Below, in pieces: positions 25,880 to 45,400 of a DNA stretch of 64,000 nt; the first letter of the stretch is position 1, and each line of letters begins with the position of its first letter. The notes under the pieces were generated by a model, which saw only the letters and a list, made by a program, of their open reading frames with translations, did no database searches and was not told the origin of the DNA. The position numbers were made by a program, and so were the translations under genes. The DNA lies in the NCBI GenBank assembly GCA_030141605.1, contig JAQGDQ010000003.1:1240001-1304000 (forward strand). Reading direction: 5' to 3'. The stretch comes from Tubiluchus corallicola (taxonomy: Eukaryota > Animalia > Priapulida).

Positions 25880-28840
25880 TTTTTTCGTCATCTTCTCGGT
25901 CAATTTTTTTTTTGAGTTTTCTTCATCGTCGCCATCATTACTACCCCACTTTCAGTAACTAGACAGCAGAGAACAACCCACAACACAAAAGAGATCTCCT
26001 AGCAGCGATCGAAGTGAAGGTTACGACTAAACTACACAATCACCTTTAAACGTTGGACCCTGATAAAAGCCGCCAACATAGCCTTTAGGTCCATTTGTCT
26101 ATTTTTCTTTTTTCACTGAATTATGGAACTTCGCCTGAGGCACTAGCAAGTCGCCACGCAAATGTAGAAGACATTTAAGCAAAATAAAAAAAAATGGATA
26201 ATGGTTCGACAGCAGGAAGCCTTTGGCTTCCGAGCCGCCTCCCATAACAATAAATACATAAATAAATTTATACCATCCTTCGCAAACAGACGTCATCAGC
26301 TTGACCCCAAATGCCTTCCTAAGTTTCTGTATAACTGAGGCTAATGTGAAATTTTAAATTAATAAATAAATTCACCAGAAGTTTCAATTGAAGAGTATTA
26401 ATTTCTAAAAAAAATCTGCAAAACATAAAAAGAGAGGAGGACGTCATAAACGATCCGTCATGACCTGCATGTGCCATTTCTGAATAGATTGTGTAGCCTT
26501 TCTATGACAATAAATAGCAACCTATTTAATACAAACTAAGTACAGAGCTATGCAAAATCCAGACAGGTCCAGTACAAGCAACAACAACATTTTTGTCACT
26601 TAAAATAATAAAAGTCCTGGAATACATGAATTCAATGCCGCGCTACCAAAACGTGGAACAAAAGCTTGCCATTAAACTTGATAAACGGAAATCTGAGCAT
26701 TTTTATATGATATCCAGAAAAGCGTTTTAATTCTTTTGCAAACCTGGAAAAATTAATGGATGTATTGAAAAACTACAACCCCTTATATCAGGCAAATGTC
26801 GCTTATATCGGCCTCTTATATGGTTATAGTTAATCGGGCAAAATCAAAACAATCACAAGTTTGTTTAATGAACAGAATTTTTGACAAATTACGCTGCTAT
26901 CAATTCAAGTCGATGTTTGCTTAAAAAATACCCGTGAACTAAGCTCACGCCTGTAAATCATTAGCAGAAAAAGGTGATTACGCTATTCACATGCGTGTAA
27001 ATCTTCTTACAAATAATTGAAACTGGTGAGCTGCACTTTGTTAGTTGCAAAACTCAACTCTGATATGAATTATAGATGAACTTATCATTCTCTTTCAGCA
27101 TTGATGTACTACAAATATTAACTCGTGTTCGATCGTTTAACTCGTTTCACCCTTTGTTTTGCTGCGGCTATGACACATGTGACTTTATATTATAAAAACA
27201 ATTAAAAAATTGCTTATAAAAACTTAAATGCAGTCTATTTCAAGCCACACGTGTTAGCTAGACCTAACCGTGCTATATTTGAAAGATCTTCAATTCTAAC
27301 TTCGGGGACACTTTCTTTTCTAAGTAATGCAGAAGAAACTAAGCAAGTCAGATAAACAATTGTTGGGTACTTAGAAAATGTAATTAAACTTCAACAACAT
27401 GACGACCGAACAATATTACATTCAGCATGGAGATGGATTCTTGAAAAAATGTGAAGCACCGAAACTGACAGAATATGTGTAAGAAAATTCCGGTCCAGGC
27501 TACTTACCCAAACTTCAGAAAAGAGTTTTAAAACAATAAACTGTCTCTTGAAATCAAACTTGACTTTCGATCTTGACTTCATTAGTAGAGCCTATGTTTT
27601 TGTACAATGGTGATCGATAAGCAGCAAATTTAAATAGCAAAAATATACTTTTCACTGATGCCTGTACAGAAAGCTATTAGTACTAACAAAAGGCCTGACA
27701 AAATAATGTATGATAATTTGTATATTGTTGCGAAGAAGTTATTTAAATACAAATATCAGTCTGCGTTAGATAGGCCATGCAGTGAGGGTGTGTGTAGAAA
27801 ATCCACTGCCCAGGAAAAACGCCCAGGAAACTCTAAGCGTGGGAGATGGCGCATTACTGGCGGTAACAGCAGACAGGAAATTGTTTTCAGAATGACCGTG
27901 CACAGTTACGGACGATATGTTTAATGTGCAGTGCTTAAAATGGTCTTCGGACGATTGCGCTGCCCTTAAAAATACATAATATTCTAAAACCCTAAAAAGT
28001 ACGCTGTTGATTAGTTTCAAATGTGTGCTAGTGGGAACTTTCTCATTTTTTCCGCCATATTAAAATTTAAGTATTTTTCTGAAACATTACTGTATTGCCT
28101 AAGTTTAGGAAGTATAACATTGCACCTTGTAAGTGTTACTGCTTTTCAGTATGTGTATGAGTTGCAATTTTATTTTTGAAATTCCAAGAGTTTTCCTCCA
28201 TGACGTGACTTTATTTTTGGTTTCTGGGAAACTTCAGTATAAGTGAACAGACTAATTAAAAAATTAATTAGCATTTCACGCATTTAATATAGTAATAATT
28301 GTAATTAAATACATACATCACGTGTTTGTAACTAGAAATAAGGCAAGTAGAAATGAAATAAAATACATTAATGGAGGGCCAAAACAATGTTCAAAAAGCG
28401 CAATAAATCAGTTCAGTGGTTCAGTGGATAGTGGAACACTTTGACCACCAGGTTGTACTGCGTCTTTTGTGTGATCAAAATAGAGTCCCAAGCGATCCAG
28501 GCAGAAACTACTCGAGTGCAACTAGTGCCTAGGAAACCGGCAAATTTTAACGTAGTTGGTTTTCACATACAAATTTTGTGACTATGGTAGAGAAAGCATC
28601 CCTAGTTAAAAGAGGTTATGATTTAGTTCTGCTATCATGCGAGTCATTATAATGCTGGTGGGTCATCACCTGAATGTCAAGTTGAGTTTGGATCAAGAAG
28701 TCTATTGGGACAAAACAGATACCTAATAAAAAGCTAAATCCGGAGTGAACTGGAAACACGTTATTCAGTTTTATGGACATATGAATAATTTTGTGAGTGA
28801 AAGCCAAGAAAAATAGAACTTTGTCGGTATCTCATAGAAC

Positions 28841-28975
28841 TACGGCGCGTTCAACCTAGCGAGTTTTCTGTTTACTCTCTGAACTGTGAACTGCATTGCG
28901 AGTTACTGTCGGCATAATATTCCAAACAAACTGAACAGGCTTGCGAGTTACTTGACGAGTCTGAACGCGCCAGTA
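28841..28975. mobile_element. Shorter MITE of the same family as 48076-48290
   Basis: TIRs tacggcgcgttca and tgaacgcgccagta; left end matches the reverse complement of the 48.29 kb TIR (cggcgcrttcarcctag..agttttct). Confidence 0.55.
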
Positions 28976-29614
28976 GAAAATACTCAATAACTTGGTCTAA
29001 GATCTACACGTCAAGCTAACATAATGAGAGTAATTTACAATTTATAACTTCGGGCAAATATTCTTATTACTGAAGTATTTACGTGTACGTTAAAATTGCT
29101 AAAATATACTTCAAAGTAAATCGCATTTCCGCAAACTAATCATTTGATTCCAGTACGGTGACAGTGAAACTTTTCCGTATACAGTTATTAGTAATTTAAG
29201 CAAATGAGCAGCCATGCGAAGTTGCGAGAGCCAAGCTCACTTTTACCTGCCTACCATGCGCTGCTAGGTTTATTATGCATAAATTAAAATTTTACTTTCT
29301 AATAACTTCCGATCCGTACGCAGAAAGTTCCTTTCTCTGTTCGCTCTGTGATTTCTCCGAGGTTACAGCGTCACAATTCAAACTGACCGATCAATTCATT
29401 TATATTACCATCAAGAATGCATGATTTTTCAACATTCTTCAAATCTGCAGTTAACGTATCATCTGCTAATGCAATAAACATCAAGCGACCGAACGAACCA
29501 GCGGACAAGCAAGCAAAACGAATGTGTGAGCAAGCGTTTAAATGAACAAACAAAAAACAAGTGAACAACAGAACAAACAAAGTAACAGAGAGGCAGGCAG
29601 GTAGATGAACAGAT

Positions 29615-29745
29615 AAACTGACTCACTGACTTACTGACTGACTGATGAATGACAGACTAACTGATCGACCTACCTACCATCTAACCGACCGACCGACCGG
29701 CTGACTAACTGACTGACCGATTGACTGACTGTCTGACAGACTGAC
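29615..29745. repeat. Degenerate (GACT/GACC)n tetranucleotide tract
   Basis: Seen directly; a complementary-type tract lies at about 10630-10750. Confidence 0.75.
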
Positions 29746-30728
29746 GTAATTTAAGCAAAGGAACAGCCATCCAAACAGACAGTTGGACAGGTATACAAAA
29801 AAAAACAATTACTATAATTAGAACATTTGGCGGTACATGCATTCGACGAGTATGGAGTCAAAACTCCTGTTCTTAAGAACAAATTTTTTTACTGAAAATA
29901 TCCACTTTAAAAACTAAAACATTTTGATCACATTACCAGGAAAATAACTGGGCCCCAAGTCGGCACAGGTAAAAATAAGAGTCTAGAAACAGCGGTAGCT
30001 GATCAGTAATAACAATGTCGCAGCTGTTACTAAATGCTCATTTCACATAACGAACCAAAACGAACTGGTGCTGCTTCCGATCAGTAAAAGTTTGGAAAAT
30101 TAAAAACCCTATTACTGAAAAGGAAAACAATATGTAAAACAAAGAAATAATTTTTAATTACAAAATAAATACAAGTAAGAAAAAAACCCATAAAGAAGAA
30201 TAAGAAGACACGTCGTCTCAGCCCTCTAGTGTGGACTTCCTTCGGAAGGACAAGAAAAGTTGTTTACTATGGACTCTGCACTACTTTGTGATCGTTTTCT
30301 TTCGCGTGTGGTGTTTCTTCTACTTTTTAGTACATATGTTTATTTTAAAAAATGCAATAAATTTGTATTTGGTGATCGTTTGTGCGTTTTTCTTTTTCAC
30401 TTGCTTGCTACTTATAATTTGTTTGTGTTCGACAGTTGTCCACACCAAGAAAGGGTTATGGCCTTCATAACGACTACTGTACTGCTGTACAAATCCGTAC
30501 CTAGCAGCGCGGGTCCGGCATTACATTTTCCGCCATGACAAAACTACTAATAAGCAAAAGCAACAGTAAAATCATGTCGCTGGGACCATACAGTGACATT
30601 TTGACTGCAATAAAAGTGTTGAAATATCGAGGATTGACAGCTACGCGCTTGTCGCACCACTGACCTGTGACGATTCGAATTCTCTTCCGTTATGGCGATA
30701 TTATCAACGCAATAAAAAAATAGCGCAG

Positions 30729-30821
30729 TATAAAAGCATTAAGTAGAAAGTCAGTTGGGGACTTCTGGTTTGACCACTGCACACGTGCAGAACCAATATT
30801 TGCTGTGGAATAAAACAATTG
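30729..30821 (+). promoter_or_regulatory. Putative gene 2 core promoter and non-coding first exon
   Basis: TATAAAA 30729-30735, arthropod Inr TCAGTT 30751-30756, CACGTG 30782-30787, donor G|GTAAGT at 30822. Confidence 0.6.
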
Positions 30822-31714
30822 GTAAGTTTGGTGAACGGAACATCTTAGTGATTCCACTAACTGCAAGTGATATAAAACAGTGTGCGCTTACAAATTTGAT
30901 GACAACAACAACACAACACAGTGGTATTCTTAATGCTAGTCAATAGAAGTGGTTTTCGTAGAAGTGGAGGAGTTCTCGTTAGTTCTTCATCAGCACTTTG
31001 CCATTGACAGAAGACTCGGCAGTAACTTTTTGGAAGACAGAATTATTTTTGGAATATTATTTGTTTCGTAGAAAAGTCATACTTTCTTAGAATTAACCAA
31101 GTTTTTGTTTTGTTGGTGACTAATTCCTACTAACTTTCAGAATTATGAGGACAGAAAGTTAAGAAATGTAAAGTATATATAGAAAGGGCTGAGTTGGAAC
31201 TTGATAGAAATTGTTATAACAATTTATTTAATTAGAAAAAAACGACAAAAACAGCAAAAGATTAGTAGGAACAAAAACTTTGCTTTCGGCATCATTGTCA
31301 CTTTCTACTAAAACTGTGTACAACTTTTTTCAATGTTATAACCTACATCATTTTAGAATTAAAAATAAAACTAGGTAGGTTGAAACTGTGGTCAACTAAA
31401 TTTGCACTTGTATTAACTTATACAAACTTACTTGAGCAGCATGCACTAACTTGAATAGTTCTCTTATGCTGACTTTTGGTACATATACGTTTTACTTTAT
31501 TAACGTTAAATTAATGTCCACTTCATCTATTTAGAGTATAAATAGCACTTCAAATTTATCAAGCGTAAATTTTCAATTTTTAGTTTTTCAAATTCTACTA
31601 CTACCAGTTAAATTATACAAAAGGTGGGGGTGAAACAGTCACATTTACAACTTACAGTGATGTCACTTTGTGATTTTTTAGGCCCGACTGTGAGAGACAA
31701 GAGTAGAGGAAGGA

Positions 31715-36038
<4,324 letters not shown>

Positions 36039-37192
36039 ATATTTTTAAATTAATTATCCAGTGTATATAATATACATTAATTTTTTCAGCTTATTAGCAT
36101 ATCATGTAGCGATACAACAGTTTTAAAACGTAGGGTCACTAATTTCAAGGTCACCGCTGACAATTTCGCGCATTGAATTCTGTGTACAGATTGGCAGTGT
36201 TGTGACACGGTACATATGCAGGACTGACAGCTTGCATTGTAGGTAACCAGTTGGTGTTAGACTTCAGTAATATCGCATGATTCATTGTCACCCTCACTTT
36301 CCTCACTATCACATTCACTGTTCTCTCTCTCACCATTCTCACTATTATCATCAAACTCATCCTCTTAACTCGTCCACATGCTCATCCGCAAGTTCATTTA
36401 CATTCTCATGTGCATTTTCATCCATATCTACGTCATCTTCATTTTCACCACTAAGAGCATCTTCCTGATCTTTACTGCGATTTTATTTATTTTTACACTT
36501 TCATTTTTCGTTCATTCACATGTATTCACTTTTGTGTTTCTGTGATTCATCGACGGTGCATTGTTCATTGGCCTAACTCGTATCATTTCATATTCATGTG
36601 TCTGCATTGTTGTCGAATATCATGATATAATTGTATATAACAGTAGTATAGCTGCTAAAGACAGTATTAACAAACTTTTATTAAACATGGAGTTGTTTGT
36701 ATTAGCGTAATTCGCTTTAGCCAGACAAACAGACATTCTTTAGCTATTCTTTAATAGCCGTAACAAGGTAACCAATAAACGTCGTCGACAATAAATTAAT
36801 CGGTAACGTTTAAATTCCTAACGTCTTAGAGTGCCAAACTGTAACAAACGATAACTGACACCCTGAGTCATTAACTCTACATAAACTCAACAATTTTATA
36901 AAATTAATTCGTTTAACTTATGTAACTTTAACACTACATGGACTAAATCTCCATTTAAATTAAGTACAGTAAGTCCTAATTGTGCAGGCAAATAATATGC
37001 TTCTATTGCGCAGTGTAAAACCTTTTCGGATTAAATAAACCTTAAAAATATTATTAACAACAAATTATAGTTTAGGGTAAAGCGGGTAGTTATGGCGAGC
37101 TTAACCAGTAACATACTTAGGTGAATTATTAGTCGCAAAGTTCGAACTATTCGTTACGCGATGGTTACGGCCCTTCACCTGAAATTAAATAA

Positions 37193-37620
<428 letters not shown>

Positions 37621-38459
37621 AATTATTGTTACTAATTATTGCGACTACTCCAAAAATATATACCCGGTGATACACACACGCTAAATTACGCCAACTTTAA
37701 CACTCACACCATTAAATTGTTACAACTGTATCGTATACTAATGAAAAGAGAAATTATAATCAATAATTAGCTTTTAGTTCTAGTCTGAGCAGATAACAAA
37801 TCATTATGGGCCTACTAGAAATTATTTATTAATACTAAAAGGGCCACTAACTTTTACGGATAGGCCTAATCTTCTAAGGACGCTAACGTTCAACTTGTAA
37901 ATGTGCTCTAGCCAATAAAGAAATTGGGTTTTCGCAGCGTGCAACGCACAATCATATGACTTAATTATGTACTAATACTTAGCCAGTTAGGTACTAACAT
38001 TTTATAATATCGTCATAACATTCTCACATTTATTTATTTTTGGATATAAAGGCATAAACTTATCTTTTTTCATACGTAAACGTCATACTCATTACTCGTG
38101 CGTCTTAATGCTTGATTCGTTAGTAGGTAGAAAGGATTAATATAATTATTTAGTCACTAATTAGTCATCATCATCATCATCATCAATTTGTGTTTGTTTT
38201 ACATTGTACATACGTCGTGACATCTTTAATTTATATTATTTTCATACATCAGGTCATTCAGTGTAGACGCTAACATGTTTGTATGTAAAAATAAAAATAT
38301 TTTGTCTCCTAAATTTTTGTCCTTTGTCTCATTCTGTGTACAGTAATAAAAACATAGTCAAACCTCGCAAACGAATTTAAACGAGCACAACAACCCACGC
38401 TCCGTGCACTCGCACCACACCACAACCACCACATCATAGCACCTACATCCACCATATCA

Positions 38460-39752
38460 CCATCATACTACCCGCAGTGACAGCGACAACTACAATAACA
38501 ACAACAAACAATTACATTCAACATCAGGATTAAATTAAAATCACTACAACAAATAATACAGGACTATTCCACTTAGTGCCTCGTTTCATTTTTTACCAAT
38601 ACTATGATGGCTACAAGCTAGCAAAGACTGCCTAATACAGCCACTTGTTCGTAAAACAGCGAGTCATGACCATACATTATTCAAAAACAAAGAGAATCGA
38701 GTACTCAGTTATGGGGAGGCTGAAAAAGTCTGAAATACACCATCCCCATTTCGTTAAGTGAGCGTCTCTCTAAGCGAAATATTCACAGTTTATAGACCGT
38801 TTTGTCATCTTTCCTCGAGTGTGCTTATTCTTTTCCACATCGGCAAAACTGTTTTGAAAATTAAATTCTCCAGAGGCTGTTTAGTCATTTTTTTACAAAC
38901 ATTTTGTTGGATAGGTCTGGAAAAACTCTCATTGCGGCGGCCTATGATGAATCTCCCGGGGAACCAAATTATGTCTGTTAACAGTTACACCCTACATTGA
39001 AAGCTCTTTCCAATGATATTATATAGCACCACATCTCTCACGATCCCGTTCTTCAGATCACAAGTTTTGGCAGCAAAAAAGCCTATTTTAGGTATTTCCC
39101 CACCGTTTCTGACGGATGACCTGAAGTAAAAAATAAGTCCCTATGCCTATGGGGCCATGGGAGATGAGACGATTAGTTTGATATATAATTTGTCACAAAT
39201 GGTTCAGTAGTTGCAGAGAAAATAGCGTATTATACAAATCAACAAATGGAGAATTAATAATGTAGTATTAGATTAGCGTAACTATAGCTTAAAAAGTGTT
39301 ACGTTAACGCTAGGATTAGGACTAAACTTTAATTGCAGGTTGTGGGTGTTTCAAAATGAATCCTTCCTCTAAATGCTCATTTTTAATTACATAATGACAT
39401 CAGTATTAACTTTTGAACTAAAGTAGGCCGGCGAGTGGTATGCGCCCATTAAACTCGTTAACTGTAACTGGAACAGTATACTTCTTATGCTTTTTATATA
39501 TCTCCATTACATTTTAATGTTCAAAACGTCGGATGTCGCTGAACCTTATTAATATTCTACATCAATTCAATAAACAATATTTAGACAACTTTGACCATCA
39601 TAATTGTTAAAAAATTAAGCAAGACTAAGTGAAATGTTTCTGCTTTTTTGACTGTGGTGATTTTAATTTAATCCTGATGTACTTTGTAATTGCTTGTTAT
39701 TGTTGTTGTTGTTGCCTTTGTCGTTGTCGCTGTCACTGTGGGTAGTGTAATG
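38460..39752. repeat. Inverted repeat pair (38460-38547 and 39654-39752)
   Basis: ctacccgcagtgacagcgacaac..acatcaggattaaattaaaatcactac vs gtggtgattttaatttaatcctgatgt..gttgtcgctgtcactgtgggtag. Confidence 0.7.
38618..39272 (-). mobile_element. Second Helitron-like element, degenerate
   Basis: Minus-strand 5' A|TCTAATACTACATTATTAA at 39272; CTAGCAAAG end at 38618 resembles 5224; internal cccgttct..aagtttt..gca.aaaaa..cc.atttt segment shared with 5590-5640. Confidence 0.45.
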
Positions 39753-40149
39753 TGCTGTGAGTGATGTACTTGACGTGGATTGCATGGTGGGACTGTGTGG
39801 CGTCTAAGCTGTTGTGTGTTTTCTATGTTATAGCAGTTTCTAGAATCAAACTGTTTTATGAACTCGTGCTCTAAGAAACATTGTTAGAATAAAAGAATAA
39901 TTGAGCATGAACCCATTTTCGAGTTCATATGAAATATTACATGATTTATTACATTTTCAACACATTTGTATTAAAACGTTTCAATTGCTCTTGTGATGGG
40001 ATTTGAAAGCTTTGAAATTAGCCAGTCCTTTTCTCCGTTTGTGTCTGCAGTGAGCACTGCACTGTGTACTTCACCTTGTTTTGACGAGTATGAACTATCT
40101 TGCTACGCTTCAATATATTTCTAACTGATTATCATCGTGATGATGATGA

Positions 40150-40201
40150 ATTATTATTATTATTATTATTACTATTATTATTATTGTTATTATTATTATT
40201 A

Positions 40202-40295
<94 letters not shown>

Positions 40296-40301
40296 CATTA
40301 T
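40150..40301. repeat. (TTA)n microsatellite
   Basis: Seen directly. Confidence 0.95.
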
Positions 40302-40616
40302 TTAATCGAAATGTACATATATACATTAAAATATACATGCAGTCCAATTTGTTAGGACAAAATTAATATAGACAGAATTCATTGAAATATACGCGTAACA
40401 ACGAAAAAACACAATGTATAATACAGTCACACAATAGTCAGTAACACTGTAGTACAATATAAATACTATAAGAATATAAATACAGTAATTTACATCAGTT
40501 CCTAAATTGTCCTACGTACATTATTGTTACCTCACTGCAATGCAGGTGTCGCCATGTTCCTAGGATTTTTTCTCGTGTAGCCATTTGTATTTTAATTAAT
40601 GAAAAAAATCGAGGAT

Positions 40617-41364
40617 TTATTTGGAGCCACTTCCACAAACAGAAGCCTTGTAATCTTGTGTCAGAAAAATTATAGATATGCACGTGGTTATCTGACCAAG
40701 TCTTTCTGAACGACAGCATCTTGGTGAACGCATATGTTCAAGTCCTGGCATATGCGCATATTTTCCAACTGGCTGTAATTTGGATGAAGCTGATCCGCTG
40801 AAGCTGCACGTGCTGTAAAGTACGAAAAATGGCCGCTGAAGCACAAAAAGATGATCATCAATGTGAAAAAATCGACCTGTCAAAACTGTGAAAAAGTAAT
40901 TTGAAATGAAAAAAATTGTCAGTTCACTTTCATGAGTCATCCATGCCAGACAGAACAGGTGATGAAATGTTAAAATGCCTGGTATTGCGACAAGGTCTAG
41001 TCATACCAGAGTTATATAGGACCTAATAGGCTTCACCAAGGAAGAAACGATCGCTACGTGAAGGTGCCTAAAAACTGGCTTCGTTGCAACATCATACATA
41101 CTGTGTTCTGCTGAAAGAATTCATTTTCTAGGCAATTGTTATTCTCTTCGTTGAATATAAATACTTAATGTGCCATTTAGGATACACCAGACCACACCTA
41201 GGCATATTCAGTTTGCTGCTTGTCTGGATTAATGATCTTCCGGTTTTGATTCGCTTTATCCTCTTGAAGAACAGCGTCGATTCCCATTCTGTTGTGTGTT
41301 TATAACGAAATGAGAATGTATAAAAATGGCTCTCTGTTACAAACTGGTAAACTAGTATCAACAA
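40617..41364 (-). pseudogene. Probable piggyBac-type transposase fossil
   Basis: Collinear, frameshifted motif remnants on the minus strand: gat-a-c-tag-ttt-acc-agt-ttg (DNWFTSL-like), KRITIA (DNKxVxxxS-like), LYNSGM (YNxxMGGVD-like), then HMP..RC Cys-rich tail. Confidence 0.35.
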
Positions 41365-42327
41365 CTTATTCAGCCTTTACCTTACATTTACAGCTAATGT
41401 TAATGTAGAGATTTGACATACATGTCTTAGCAATTTCTCATAAGGTTTTTGGCTTATTTCTTATGGCTGTGCGGGAGAGGGCGTTGTTTGACAGTCTTGC
41501 AGACGAAACAAGTTTGATGATGGTACGTAAAAAAACAAAATAAAATAATTAAAAAATGAATAAATCAGAGATATCAAAGAAAACAGTTTCGATATCAGAG
41601 ATGAGAATTTTGTAAAAAGTGATTTATAAATTCACTAGAAGCGAAATAACTTTGTGACGAACCATTAACTATTAAAAAAACGTATGTCACGGTAAAATCT
41701 TGTTCCTAAAGTTGGTGAGAGACTGAGAGTATTGTGTCTCTGAATATTGTTGGATGTGAATGGCAATCAGTTCCTGGCTGTGTTCGGAAAATACGTGACT
41801 ATAGAAGTGTTATAGTCTTTGGAACAATTCCAAAAATGAGCAAGCATCCATCCCTCAATTGCTAAAGTGTTTACAGTTCGCCTATCTTCCGCCATAGAAA
41901 CCATAGAATTTTGGTCATAAACATTTTCTAAATCACCGTTTTGCGAACACCACCGAATTCCTAAAAATCAGTAAAAACTTCAAGATGCGTAACGTTCAGC
42001 TAACTGAAATTCCTACAGGCTAAAATACTCAAAAAAGTATCTCGCAACACAGAAGTTTTAAAAACATCTACAATTTAGCAATGGGTGACTTTCCGGCTAG
42101 TTTAATATAAAACTTTACAAATAATTTTGTTAAAATATCAGGCCAAATTGTTTTGCTAATATAGATATTGTTAAATAAATTGATAGATAAAATTGTGATA
42201 TTAACTTATATATGTATATTTAACTCCCGGTTTGATTGTATTTACCGTTAAGTACTTTTGACTTACAAATAGAGGGCAGCACTTGTACATACTGTAGAAT
42301 AACTTGTATTTGTGTGCAAATGAGACT

Positions 42328-42443
<116 letters not shown>

Positions 42444-45400
42444 CAAAATTAGCCTATTCGGTTGAAATAGTACATTGACTGAATACTAGCCGTAAAGGCA
42501 TAATAATTGAATTTGCACGATTGGCTTAATGCTTGCAAGTTGTCTTTTAAAAAAGAAACGTGACATAAAAAAACAACGAACCCAGCATGTATCTGTAATT
42601 CAGGTAAATAAATATCGTTAAGCCTATTCACGAGATAACATAATTTACTTTTATTAGGCTAGTAACTTCTTTTGTAGAAGGTACTGATCGAATTTGCTTT
42701 AAATTTTTAAAAGACGGCCAATAATTATGTCTAGCCGCTTGCGCGAGAATTTAAATTTTCAAGTGTTAACGCAGTCGATACGTGAATTCTGCGTACAGTA
42801 AATTTGCAGCTAATAAAATTTCAAGGTGAATTTTTGAGCAGCACTGACGTTTAAAGAAAAAAAACATTTCAAAAAGCTCCAATAGGTGACGCTGCCACTC
42901 AATGTAAGTCAACACCTAATAAGAGAATACCCACTTGTCCCTCTGACATCACATAGCACTCTACGAAAATAAAAATCCCGAAAGATGAAAATGCGTGCAT
43001 GTCCTATGTAACAGGACCTTATTGGCTTCCCTGGATGCGTTCTAATGTGCGTATGCGCCCAGCTAAAAACAGTCAAAGAGTAGCCGAATCCGACATCACC
43101 GGCCAATTTTGTTCATTTAATAACTTCCAGAAGAACAGTGCGTACTATATTACATAAACCACCTTATAAGCTATTTAAAACGATAAACAGAATGAACTAA
43201 AATTTTAACGGGTGTGACACACGTGCAGTTGGATTCTGAAAGGTGTGGCTAGTTGTAATAAACTATTTAAAAAACTCCGGAAAGAAAATTAGCGAAATTT
43301 GAAGTACAAAAATGGCAAATAAAACTATTAATTTCAATTAACAACACTTACTTTTTTGAGATGCTCGGGTTAGTAGAAACGGAAATTCTCTGTAACTCGA
43401 ATAATTCGCACAATCGACCAGGAAGATACCCTCGATACCAGTGTCAAGGTATAAACATTAATAACTATATTAAACTTATCCAAAAAGTGATGTAATTAAT
43501 GTAATTTATTTTTACTAAAATAGTGATTCTTACACAGAATGTTCAAATGGAACTCTCTTTGTTTTTTAAAAGACAGCCGACCGTTATACGTCTAAAATTT
43601 ATCATATATGCCGTCCATAAAACACTATCATTGTCGAGCTTGTCAGTGTTTTCATGAACGTGGGACACGAGACTGACAGTGAAATTTGAATGCCATTCAA
43701 GTTTGACGATATCAAGCTGGTCTTGATTTTCGTCAGTGGCGGTCATCATTCTCAAAATGAACAGCCAATAATAATGCGCTCGGCGGCTCAGCAAGAAAAG
43801 CCCATTTATAACTGGTGTCAAAAGGCGTGATATCCTACTAACAAAAAGCTATTGCACATATTTTGTAAGCATACGAGTGCAGAATTTTCCGCGAATGACT
43901 GTACGAAAGTTTTTCGTATTACTTGTTAGCACCATGAGCTATCGTAACATAATAAAATAACCACAAAACTCAAGCAGGAACGTGTGATTACAGCTAAACA
44001 ATAAGCAATTCTAATCTATTAATTCACAATATAAAACTAACATGAAAAGAAACAGCCTATCACTAATTAGTACACTATGCAGATTAGTTGATCTATATCC
44101 AAACGGCGTCCAGCCGCCAGTTTATTAAACTGTATAGGAAGGGAGATAGCAAAGCCTGTGATTAAAAGTCCAAACTGAAAATAGGGTATTTTTATCGAAA
44201 CATGAAATTTGGTTTGTCGCAGATTTCCTTACGCAAAGGAGCAGTAACACTGGATAAAATAGCAAAAGTGAAAAAAAATCAAGTGAGTTCAATCATTTGC
44301 CGACTTTTATCCAATATGTGGAAATTAGTCTAAGTTTGTTAAAAAAATAACAACCTCAGTGATTTGTTTGATGTTAACCATATGTGTATAACGAAATTCT
44401 TCTGGCAAAAAATGTTCTGAAAAATGTATCGTGGAGTGGCTTATGGTCAAGAAGACAACGTCTACACTGGACTGTACAAACAGTAATTATTTTGCACATT
44501 CTTTGTGTTTTGTATTATGAATTCTGATAAGCAATATTATTTTTAGTAAGGATATGTAAGACAAGTAATTTTATCAGAGTCAGGTATCAACCAACCTGTG
44601 TGTCACTCAGACCACTCATTCAGCATTTTCAGTTCATATGCTACAAGCCACTGCGGCTCGGCACTCGAAAAATTTGCTTGTCCGATCCCCAATTTGGCTT
44701 TTTTGCCCCTAACGGAATACGCACATACCAATATTTAGCCAAGCACAAGTCCTCGACCCTTCCCACCTTAACACATACCAAATATTGTGGCCGTAGCCCA
44801 AAAACAGTAAGAGGAGATCCAGCGTAAAGAAAAAAATAAAACTCAGCCTAATCTGTGACTTTTAATTTTAGTGGGAGACACAAGCAAAAAAGACTTTACA
44901 TGGCGAGTGCGTCCTGTAACTTTCGTAACCCAATCCCTCTGCATTTGCGAGTTGTGGTATTTCTTTAATGTGTCCTGAACGTTAACGAGGAGGACGACAA
45001 CGACAACGACAACGACAAGTGACCATTTAGGCCCCCTTTTATGAAATGGGTTTAAAATGCCGTACCGCCGAATGAAGTCTTTGCTTTACTTTTGAATTAC
45101 CTTTATTTAAATAAACCGGTCCCAATCTTAAACTGTAGATCAAAACAATCTGGTCTTTAAAATATTGAAAGGAAACGTACTGTTTTTTCAAAAATGACTT
45201 ACGTGAAAGAATTATTACCACACAAACGCAATTTCACGTTCCCGCCACTTGTTCTTCGCTGTTACATGCATTTCGTCATTCACTAGTTAAACGGGCACTA
45301 GCGCCTGCATTTCGGAAACGCATTGCACAAAAAATAGGTGCAGTACCTCTCAGTTCAGATGTGTTACTTTGTGATGAACAACACACGCTCAACAGCTCAC

